A stretch of DNA of 29,480 nt from Candidatus Calditenuaceae archaeon JGI OTU-1 (GTDB lineage Archaea; Thermoproteota; Nitrososphaeria_A; Caldarchaeales; Calditenuaceae): assembly GCA_000494145.1 (NCBI GenBank), contig AWOE01000011.1, forward strand, positions 2,011 to 31,490, in the 5' to 3' direction. The first letter of the stretch is position 1. Each line of letters begins with the position of its first letter. This document shows, piece after piece, positions 23,239 through 29,480 of the stretch. The translations under genes were made by a program, and so were the position numbers. The notes beneath the pieces were generated by a model, which was not told where the DNA came from, searched no databases, and saw only the letters and a list, made by a program, of their open reading frames with translations.

Positions 23239-24123
23239 ATGGGCCTCGCGAAGGGCCTGGTGGGCGCCACAATCGTCGCTTTGCTGGTCGCCGGGATCGT
23301 GCCGCATGTCCTAGCCCAAGAGGGCACCGGGAGCTCGGAGGAGCCGACCCTTCCGCTGGGCCTCGAACTGACCTCGGAGCTGAGGGCGATAATCGAGGAG
23401 CACAAGGAGGCGGTCGGTTCGATCATCCTCGAGTTCAGGCTCAAGCTCGAGAACGTAACCGAGCGGAGGGCCGAGCTGATCAGGCAGTTCCTCGAGGAGC
23501 GGCTCAACAGGACCGATGCCATCAGGAAGGAGATGGAGAGGCTGAGGGAGCTCTACGAGTCAGGGAACATCACGAAAGGGGAATACCTCGTGGCGCTGAG
23601 GGCCCTCAAGGACGAGCTGAAGGCGCTGAGCAAGACCTCGGAGAAGCTCGGGCACCTCATGCAGGAGCTGACGAAGGAGCTCAGGGAGGCGGTAGAGGAG
23701 AAGGTCGAGCGGCTGAGGGAGGTCAACAGGGAGTTCGGCAGGAGGGTCGCGGAGGAGGCGAGGAGGATAGGCGAGGAGATGAGGGAGAGGGCCCGAGAGA
23801 GGGGGGATGAGCGTGAGGAGGCGACCGATGAGAGAGGTCAACCCGCCGACCAGACTCGGACCGGACATAGGGGAAGGGGCAGGGAAAATGCCGGGAGCGG
23901 AAGGACGACGACCGAGCGACAGGACCGAGACGGCCTAGATCGCGAGTCGGCTACGACGACTACAACTACGACCGCCGAGCGACACGGTGAAGGCAGGGAC
24001 GAAGGTCGCGGTCAAGGCAGGGGGCACAGCGACGAGCGGGGCCCGACAACGACCACCACCGCAACCAATACCCTTTCCGGTGAGGAGCGCGATCGAGGAC
24101 GAGGGCGTGGACGAGGAGGTTGA
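23239..24123 (+). CDS. Secreted coiled-coil protein with a Thr-rich / Arg-Gly-rich low-complexity tail
   Basis: The N-terminal signal-like segment is MGLAKGLVGATIVALLVAGIVPHVLAQE. A long E/R/K-rich heptad region follows, with N-x-T sequons (NVT, NRT, NIT). The tail has TTTTTTT and TTTTT runs and GRGRGRGG. A strong SD, GAGGTGA, lies 3 nt before the ATG. Confidence 0.6.
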   Translation: MGLAKGLVGATIVALLVAGIVPHVLAQEGTGSSEEPTLPLGLELTSELRAIIEEHKEAVGSIILEFRLKLENVTERRAELIRQFLEERLNRTDAIRKEMERLRELYESGNITKGEYLVALRALKDELKALSKTSEKLGHLMQELTKELREAVEEKVERLREVNREFGRRVAEEARRIGEEMRERARERGDEREEATDERGQPADQTRTGHRGRGRENAGSGRTTTERQDRDGLDRESATTTTTTTAERHGEGRDEGRGQGRGHSDERGPTTTTTATNTLSGEERDRGRGRGRGG

Positions 24124-24158
24124 GCGGCGCGGCTCGGGCCCCGATCAAGACTTTGCGG

Positions 24159-24193
24159 ATCGCGACGTTCAGCTGTTCGCGATGAGATTTTTT
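24159..24193 (+). terminator. Hairpin (ATCGCGA-11 nt-TCGCGAT) followed by a T6 tract: terminator of the 23239..24123 gene
   Basis: Read directly: 7-bp arms at 24159-24165 and 24177-24183, the loop contains CAGCTG, and T6 lies at 24188-24193, about 65 nt after the stop codon. Confidence 0.45.
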
Positions 24194-24240
24194 CTGACAC
24201 ACAGGCTATATATGACGCAGACCGCCGGGCCTTGCAGCGC

Positions 24241-25161
24241 ATGACGCCCCTGACACTGATGCTTCTTGCGTTGGTGGTCGCGGGTCAAGGAGCGCCGTTC
24301 ACCGTCTATCAGGTCCAGCTGAGGACCGACGGGTCGGCCCTTTGGACCATAGAACACAGGTATCCGCTCGGTGAGAAGACCTCATCGGAGCTCTTCGATC
24401 AGGCCAGCAGGAGCCTCGACGACCTGGCCGATGGTTACAGGAGCAGGCTTCAGTCGGTGATAGGCAGGATATCGACCCAGCTCGGGAGGCCCATGTCGGT
24501 CGAGAACCTGACCGTGACCGCGAAGGTCGCCGAGACGTTGACGGGGAGCGTCGGCGTAATCAGGATCGGTTTCGTCTGGAAGGGGTTCGCCCTCCAGCTC
24601 GGCGACGGGAGGCTGGAGGTGGGAGACGTCTTCATCGGAGGGCTCGTGCTCCTCGAAGGAGAATCCCTGAGGTTCCTCTTCCCCGAGCAGCTCTCGGTAG
24701 TGGAGGTCTCCCCGAGACCGGACACGTCCGGGCCTGGATTCGTGGAATGGTCCGGGAGGAAGGTCTTCAGGGACGGAGAGCCCCGGATCGTCCTCGCTGC
24801 AGGCCATCCATCCCAACAGGGCCCGCTAACCGCACCTTCACCGTCCACTTCAGCTCCGTCCCAGTTGTTTGACCCGCTAATCTTAGCGTTCTTCGCGGCA
24901 GCAGCCGCCGGCGTCGCGATCGGTGCTGTAGTCTTGGCCCGCAGCAGGAACAAGAGGAGTTTCGCGTACGCCTCGGACGACGTCGGGAAGGTCCTCGAGG
25001 TCATCAGGAGGCACGGAGGCGTGGTCACCCAGTCGACGATCGTGAGGGAGAGCGGGCTCTCGAAGTCGACGGTCAGCACGATCCTCAAGGTCCTCGAGAG
25101 GGAAGGCGTCGTGGTGAGGCAGAAGGCCGGTCGTGAGAAGCTGGTCCGGTTAACCAGGTGA
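24241..25161 (+). CDS. Membrane-anchored one-component regulator: signal peptide, extracytoplasmic domain, Pro/Ser linker, TM helix, cytoplasmic winged-helix domain
   Basis: The signal peptide is MTPLTLMLLALVVAGQGAP. An extracellular domain of about 190 aa follows, then the linker SQQGPLTAPSPSTSAPSQ. The TM helix is LILAFFAAAAAGVAIGAVVLA, followed by RSRNKR. The wHTH is VLEVIRRHGGVVTQSTIVRESGLSKSTVSTILKVLEREGVVVRQ. ATG 24241 lies about 31 nt downstream of the A/T box GCTATATATG (24205-24214). The ORF-track start at 24232 is a TTG. Confidence 0.7.
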   Translation: MTPLTLMLLALVVAGQGAPFTVYQVQLRTDGSALWTIEHRYPLGEKTSSELFDQASRSLDDLADGYRSRLQSVIGRISTQLGRPMSVENLTVTAKVAETLTGSVGVIRIGFVWKGFALQLGDGRLEVGDVFIGGLVLLEGESLRFLFPEQLSVVEVSPRPDTSGPGFVEWSGRKVFRDGEPRIVLAAGHPSQQGPLTAPSPSTSAPSQLFDPLILAFFAAAAAGVAIGAVVLARSRNKRSFAYASDDVGKVLEVIRRHGGVVTQSTIVRESGLSKSTVSTILKVLEREGVVVRQKAGREKLVRLTR

Positions 25162-25250
25162 GGCTCTAGACCCGCCCAGGATGCGGAGGAGCGGCTCGGC
25201 GGGCGTGGTCGGGTAAATCTAATCTTCAGCCGAGGTGAAGTCGAACGGGC

Positions 25251-25616
25251 TTGGCGCTGAAGGTCTCGATCGTGGGACTCTTCCCGACGGTCTTCTCGAC
25301 GAGGTGCAAGGCGGTCTGTGACCCCGCGGGGGTCGCCGGCCTCAGGACCATCGAGTCGCAGCTCTCCGAGTACCCGGAGGAGATCAGGGCTCAGGTCGCC
25401 GCGGCCGCTGAGGCGGTCGCCGAGTTGGTCAGGTTCTTCCCCGACCTCCAGATCGAGCTGGTCCACGCGATGAGCCCGAAGGGTCTCGTTCTCTCGCTCC
25501 TTCACAGGTTGAAGAGGGGGACCCACGCGATCATCGCAGGAAGGGTCTACTCGCTGCCTCATCAGCTGGAGGACCTAGTAAGGACGGTAGAGGGCCTGCT
25601 CACCTCGAACCGATAA
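25251..25616 (+). CDS. Hypothetical protein (121 aa from TTG; start uncertain)
   Basis: Codon usage is GC3-rich and its composition looks like a real protein, unlike the R/P/D-rich antisense ORF 24450..25562. GAGGTGA at 25232-25238 lies 12 nt upstream of TTG 25251. GTG 25272 is an alternative start. No family recognised. Confidence 0.4.
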   Translation: MALKVSIVGLFPTVFSTRCKAVCDPAGVAGLRTIESQLSEYPEEIRAQVAAAAEAVAELVRFFPDLQIELVHAMSPKGLVLSLLHRLKRGTHAIIAGRVYSLPHQLEDLVRTVEGLLTSNR

Positions 25617-25637
25617 CCGACTTATGAAATTGGTAAA

Positions 25638-26240
25638 ATGGGAGGACCCGCCGGCAGCTACGGGATGCTCTCCGGCAGAGAACCGGCAAGGACCGTCGCG
25701 CTGATCGTCGTCCTCTCAGTCCTCGGTCTGGTGCTGGCGCCTTTCTTCTGGTTCCCGTTCCTGGGCACGAGGGCCTTCCCGGGTCAGCACCTCGTCAACG
25801 TCCTCGCCGGCATACTGCTCGGGCCTGTCAGGTCGATACCGGTGCCTGTCATCGTCGGGACGGTGAGGCTGATGCTCGGGATAGGAACGGTCTTCGCGTA
25901 TCCGGGCGGCATACCCGGGACGATCATGGTGGGCCTCTTCCAGAGGTTCGTCACCGGCAGGTTCAGGGACCACAGGGTCAGGTACCTCTCGGCCTTCGCG
26001 GAGCCGATAGGGACCGTCCTGATCGGTGGCACGCTCTCGCTCCTCATCATCGGGCCGCTGCTGAACGTGCCCTCGATCGTCGACCTCCTCTCAGGGGAGA
26101 CCGTCATCGCGGCCCTGCTCACCTTCTGGGCCGGATGGGCGGTGAGCTCCGTCATCGGCGCCTCGATAGGCTACGTCGTAACGATGGTCCTGAGCAGGGC
26201 CCTCCCCGACCTCTTTCCGGGACCAGGGAGGCAGAAGTGA
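25638..26240 (+). CDS. thiW: ECF-type S component ThiW (thiazole/thiamine-precursor transporter)
   Basis: It is polytopic and hydrophobic. [18 protein letters not shown] and [10 protein letters not shown] match the FPGQH...AFPG motifs I recall for ThiW. It lies directly upstream of thiDN. ATG 25665 (MLSGREP) is an alternative start. Confidence 0.7.
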   Translation: MGGPAGSYGMLSGREPARTVALIVVLSVLGLVLAPFFWFPFLGTRAFPGQHLVNVLAGILLGPVRSIPVPVIVGTVRLMLGIGTVFAYPGGIPGTIMVGLFQRFVTGRFRDHRVRYLSAFAEPIGTVLIGGTLSLLIIGPLLNVPSIVDLLSGETVIAALLTFWAGWAVSSVIGASIGYVVTMVLSRALPDLFPGPGRQK

Positions 26241-26896
26241 TGGACGTGGCGACGCTGGACCTCGAGGTCGATCGGCTGTTGGGGAAGAAGACCCTGATCG
26301 TCGGCGAGGCGGGCACCGGGAAGTCCCACCTCCTCGCCCGGATCCTCGAGAAGATGGTGGAGGTCCTCGATCCAAAAGAGATCACCCTGATAGACATGGC
26401 GCCTTTCAGGTTCTCGGGGATCGGCGGGAAGCTGAGGGACCTGACGGACTCTGTGGGTCGTGTCAGGTACCTGACCGATGACGGGATAGCGCCACCGAGG
26501 CTTCTCGGCAGGAACGCAGCCGAGGTCCTGAGGCTCGCGGAGCGCAACGCATCGCTCATCGGTCCTCTCCTGAACGAGTACCTCAAGAGGCCCACCCGTG
26601 TCCTCCTGGTCAACGACGTCACGGTCTACCTCCACGCCGGCGATCCGTCGTTGCTGGGGAGGGTCATGGAGGCTGCGGAGACGTTCGTTGCGACCTGTTA
26701 CGAGGGGAGGCTCCTGAGCGACGACAGGGGCTCCGGGATCACGGAAATAGAGAGGAAGAGGCTGGCCGAGCTCAAGGGGAGGGTCGACAACGTGCTGGTG
26801 CTGAGGGAACCGTTTATTGTCCGTCGAGATGGGATTGGAACCGGCGGAGGTGGGGCAGGTGAGGATACCGAGGGCCCTCACGGTAGCAGGTTCTGA
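26240..26896 (+). CDS. P-loop NTPase of unknown function, embedded in the thiamine cluster
   Basis: Walker A is [12 protein letters not shown] Walker B-like motif is [12 protein letters not shown] 26240-26242 overlaps the thiW TGA (26238-26240) as TGATG. The 3' end overlaps the thiDN start by 38 nt. The ORF-track start 26135 lies inside thiW. Confidence 0.7.
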   Translation: MDVATLDLEVDRLLGKKTLIVGEAGTGKSHLLARILEKMVEVLDPKEITLIDMAPFRFSGIGGKLRDLTDSVGRVRYLTDDGIAPPRLLGRNAAEVLRLAERNASLIGPLLNEYLKRPTRVLLVNDVTVYLHAGDPSLLGRVMEAAETFVATCYEGRLLSDDRGSGITEIERKRLAELKGRVDNVLVLREPFIVRRDGIGTGGGGAGEDTEGPHGSRF

Positions 26897-28229
26897 CTCA
26901 GGAGGGGGTGCAGGAATCCAGGCGGACCTGAAGACCTTCGCAGCCCTCGGCGTCCACGGCATGTCGGCGATCACATCGATCACAGCTCAGAACACTCACT
27001 CGGTCACGAGGGTTGTGGACCTCGACCCCGAGATGGTGGTGGAGCAGATCAGGGTCTGCGTCGAGGACATCGGCGTCGACGCGGTCAAGACCGGGATGCT
27101 TCACACGACGGAGATCATCAGGGCCGTTGCGGACGAGCTCAAAAAGGTCGTTGCACCGAAGGTAGTAGACCCTGTGATGGTAGCGAAGAGCGGTGCGCCT
27201 CTTCTCAGGGACGACGCCATCAGAACCTTGGTTGAGGAGCTGATACCGATTGCAGATGTGGTGACGCCGAACGCGAGGGAGGCCGAGAGGTTGACCGGCA
27301 TACCTGTGAAGGGACTTGAGGACCAGAAGAAGGCTGCGAAGGAGATCGCCGAGCTGGGCGCAAGGGCTGTAATCGTAAAGGGAGGTCACGTTGACGGCCC
27401 TGTGGTCCGAGACGTTCTCTACTTCAACGGAGAGTATGTAGTTCTCGAGTCGGAGAGAATACAGACGAAGAACACCCACGGCACCGGTTGCACCTTCGCC
27501 TCGGCGATAGCTGCACACCTCGCCCACGGAAGGGAGGTCGTGGAGGCGGTAAGGAGGGCAAAGGAGTTCGTAACAGACGCGATAAGGTACGGGCTCGACC
27601 TGGGGAAGGGAGCAGGGCCGGTCAATCCGGTGTGGGGAGCGCTGAGGAAGGCGTGGCTTTACGAGGCGATGGAGAACGTCAGCGTTGCGACCGAGATCCT
27701 CGAGCGGGTTGAGGGGATCGGCTGGATCTGCCCCGAGTCGATGATCAACATAGCGGAGGTGGTGCCCTTCGGCTCCTCGATCGGCGACGTCGTCAGCATA
27801 CCGGGGAGAATAGCGAACGTCGGAGGCAGGTTGAGGCCCTCGTCGTGTCCCAGGCCGGGAGGCTCGAAGCACGTGGCCTCGGCTGTCCTCGTCGCCCATT
27901 CCCTCGACTGGAGGATCAGGGCTGCGATGAACGTCAGGTACGATGAGCGGATACTGGAGTCCGCGTCGAGGCTCGGCATGAGCGTCTCGAGCTACGACAG
28001 GTCCAAAGAACCTCCTGAGATCAAGAACGTGGAGGGTATGACCATCAGGTGGGGTGTTCGGGAGGCATTTAACCAGGCCGGTAAAGTGACGGACATAGTC
28101 TACCACCTGGGAGACTTCGGAAAAGAACCCATGATAACCATATTTGGCGAGAATGCTGTCGACGTCGTAAAAAAGCTACTCCGCATACTTAACAAGGAAG
28201 ATCAACCGGATCCAGAAAGGCATATCTGA
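26859..28229 (+). CDS. thiDN: Bifunctional ThiDN: HMP/HMP-P kinase (ThiD) fused to thiamine-phosphate synthase ThiN
   Basis: ThiD motifs are [27 protein letters not shown] and [13 protein letters not shown]. The C-terminal ThiN domain shows [14 protein letters not shown] ... [14 protein letters not shown] 26859 has GGAGGTG (26846-26852) 6 nt upstream. ORF-track start 26817 and ATG 26829 are alternatives. Confidence 0.9.
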   Translation: MRIPRALTVAGSDSGGGAGIQADLKTFAALGVHGMSAITSITAQNTHSVTRVVDLDPEMVVEQIRVCVEDIGVDAVKTGMLHTTEIIRAVADELKKVVAPKVVDPVMVAKSGAPLLRDDAIRTLVEELIPIADVVTPNAREAERLTGIPVKGLEDQKKAAKEIAELGARAVIVKGGHVDGPVVRDVLYFNGEYVVLESERIQTKNTHGTGCTFASAIAAHLAHGREVVEAVRRAKEFVTDAIRYGLDLGKGAGPVNPVWGALRKAWLYEAMENVSVATEILERVEGIGWICPESMINIAEVVPFGSSIGDVVSIPGRIANVGGRLRPSSCPRPGGSKHVASAVLVAHSLDWRIRAAMNVRYDERILESASRLGMSVSSYDRSKEPPEIKNVEGMTIRWGVREAFNQAGKVTDIVYHLGDFGKEPMITIFGENAVDVVKKLLRILNKEDQPDPERHI

Positions 28230-28318
28230 TGGACGATCTCCTATTACCGGCATTCACATCATAACGATCTGCACTTTTATGTTGGCAGAATGTTATGCTA
28301 CGTAGCTATATAACAAAT

Positions 28319-28333
28319 CACAATTATATTGTG
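28319..28333. promoter_or_regulatory. 15-bp perfect palindrome CACAAT-TAT-ATTGTG between a TATA-like box and the flavoprotein start
   Basis: Read directly. The TATA-like GCTATATAAC lies at about 28305-28314 and GGTGAG just before ATG 28362. This is an operator-like position in an A/T-rich 130-nt intergenic region. Confidence 0.35.
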
Positions 28334-28361
28334 AGGCCATTCACCAAACAACGGTGAGAAC

Positions 28362-29438
28362 ATGGCGATGTACGACGTAGTGATCATCGGAGGTGGTGCG
28401 GTCGGACTCTCACTGGCGTACCTCGGAGCGAAGCGGGGATACGAGGTGGCGGTCATCGAGAGCAGGCACCTCTGCAGCGGCGCCACGGGTAGGAGCGCGG
28501 GGATCGTAACCGTCCAGCTGAGCATACCGGAGGACGTAGCGATGGCGAAGAGGACGATCGAGGTCTTCAGGGAGGTGAGCGACTTAACCGGCGTACCCTT
28601 CTACAGGAGGACCGGGTTCCTCACGGTGCTGCCTGAAAGGCTCCTCGATGAGTCGCTGGAACCGCTCAGAGCCAACGGAACGACCTACACGGTGCTGAAG
28701 GCCTACGAAATAGAGGGACACGTCCCGTTCCTGAGGGTCTACGACCACGAGGTGGGGATACTTACGCTCGACGACATGACCGTCGACGCCTCGAAGATGG
28801 GAAGGGCCTTCGGCGCTGTGCTGAGCGACTTCGGTGTTGACGTCTACGAGTGGAACGGCAGTACGTCCATATCCCTCGACGGGACGAGGATCAGGAGCGT
28901 CTCGGTCAACGGCGGGACTGAGCTGAGGGGGAGGAGCTACGTTCTGGCTGCTGGACCGTGGAATAAGGTCGTCCTAAAAGAGATCGGTGTTCGAGCATCG
29001 TTCCTCACAATATACAAATGCCAGGTCGTGAGGGTCAAGGGGGATGGAGTAGACGCATACGTGCCGCTCTACACGATGGGCGAGCACCTTTACATGAGGC
29101 CCGATATGGAAGGGACCTCCGTCGTCGGAAACGGATACGCTAAGGTCGTCGAGGTTCCGGAGGACGCGATGGACGGGCTCGAGAAGGAGTACGTGCAGCA
29201 CATAGCCGAGCTGCTGGCCGAGAGGGTCTTCAACCCCGAGGACTTCAGGGTCAACGGGGGATGGTCAGGCCCGTGCAGCATCACGCCCGACGGGTACCCC
29301 GTTATCGGTAGGGTCCCTGGGTTCGAGAACGCGTACATAGTCGACGGCCTCGACGGCTACGGGCTGATGAGGGCTGCCGGCGTCGCGGAGCGATCTTCGG
29401 GCAGACGGAGGGCATCTTCAGCTCCGACCTCGACCTGA
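28362..29438 (+). CDS. FAD-dependent oxidoreductase (DAO family; glycine/sarcosine-oxidase-like), native 3' end replaced at about 29386
   Basis: The dinucleotide-binding motif is [17 protein letters not shown]...G.EVAVIE, followed by [13 protein letters not shown] late G-D-G motif region is present ([11 protein letters not shown]). The last 16 codons ([16 protein letters not shown]) are an out-of-frame reading of the inverted dnaG fragment, so the true C-terminus, probably some 30-40 aa, is missing. Confidence 0.8.
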   Translation: MAMYDVVIIGGGAVGLSLAYLGAKRGYEVAVIESRHLCSGATGRSAGIVTVQLSIPEDVAMAKRTIEVFREVSDLTGVPFYRRTGFLTVLPERLLDESLEPLRANGTTYTVLKAYEIEGHVPFLRVYDHEVGILTLDDMTVDASKMGRAFGAVLSDFGVDVYEWNGSTSISLDGTRIRSVSVNGGTELRGRSYVLAAGPWNKVVLKEIGVRASFLTIYKCQVVRVKGDGVDAYVPLYTMGEHLYMRPDMEGTSVVGNGYAKVVEVPEDAMDGLEKEYVQHIAELLAERVFNPEDFRVNGGWSGPCSITPDGYPVIGRVPGFENAYIVDGLDGYGLMRAAGVAERSSGRRRASSAPTST

Positions 29439-29480
29439 GGGAGCTCCAGCGGACAGGGAGGATCGGCCGGATAGAGGTTC
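29386..29480. repeat. Arm B of the perfect 95-bp inverted repeat (dnaG fragment), truncated by the window end
   Basis: Read in frame 29387, the plus strand gives [31 protein letters not shown], identical to DnaG residues about 29-59. The nucleotide sequence is the exact reverse complement of 22877-22971. Confidence 0.95.

Noticed and set aside
23830-24123. Repetitive-looking DNA (acgacgac..., ggacgagg...) considered as a tandem repeat or CRISPR-like array
   Set aside because: It has no regular repeat-spacer periodicity. It lies in frame within a continuous ORF and encodes Thr-run / Arg-Gly low-complexity protein sequence.
25162-25210. CCCGCC ... GGCGGG inverted repeat after the regulator gene, considered as a terminator hairpin
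   Set aside because: The stem is short, the loop is about 21 nt, and no following oligo-T tract is present, so the evidence is weak.
24450-25562. 370-aa minus-strand ORF spanning the regulator gene and the 25251 ORF
   Set aside because: Antisense to a gene with clear signal peptide/TM/wHTH architecture. Its composition is R/P/S/D-rich and its codon pattern is inconsistent with the GC3 bias of real genes here.
25560-25640. Looked for a TPP riboswitch upstream of thiW / the thiamine cluster
   Set aside because: There is no CUGAGA / ACCUGAUCUGGAUAAUGCCAGCG-like core, and the intergenic spacer is only about 20-50 nt. I did not run a covariance-model scan, so absence is not proven.
26898-28106. 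402-aa minus-strand ORF antisense to thiDN
   Set aside because: This is a shadow ORF of a GC-rich gene with low-complexity R/P/D/V composition. The plus strand encodes clear ThiD and ThiN motifs.

Overview
GC-rich archaeal chromosomal segment (sampled 60-nt lines give about 60-70% G+C), densely coded on both strands. The archaeal assignment rests on several features:
- an intron-containing tRNA-Arg(GCG)
- archaeal DnaG, ribosomal proteins S4 and uL10/P0, two-subunit PheRS and fused ThiDN
- A/T-rich TATA-like boxes 25-35 nt upstream of many start codons, so many genes look leaderless
- a C/D-box sRNA candidate with canonical spacing

Content by region:
1. Housekeeping genes: rpl10 (partial), tRNA-Arg, aspartate kinase, rps4, pheS/pheT, dnaG.
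2. A 3.7-13.6 kb block that looks like an N-heterocycle/purine catabolic supercluster. It holds adenine deaminase and a dihydropyrimidinase/hydantoinase. These converge on a translationally coupled operon of a Mer-like LLM oxidoreductase, an SsnA-like amidohydrolase and a ThrC-like PLP enzyme. A stand-alone Lrp RAM domain, an orphan nucleoside-type ABC ATPase and a YgeW-type carbamoyltransferase complete it.
3. A stress trio: Hsp20, a wHTH protein and OsmC.
4. A roughly 1.6 kb low-GC islet (about 15.43-17.0 kb) carrying a two-gene module, a short ABC/OLD-type ATPase plus a 149-aa mini-TOPRIM-like protein. No integrase or transposase accompanies it. This is my best candidate for an undescribed defence-type system.
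5. A thiamine salvage cluster (thiW, an unknown P-loop NTPase, thiDN) and a DAO-family flavoprotein.
6. The last 95 nt of the window are a perfect inverted copy of an internal dnaG segment. The junction truncates the flavoprotein gene, so this is either a chimeric junction or a real inverted duplication.

I found no rRNA, CRISPR array, transposase or integrase. All family assignments are motif-level recognition from the translated ORFs and need HMM/BLAST confirmation.
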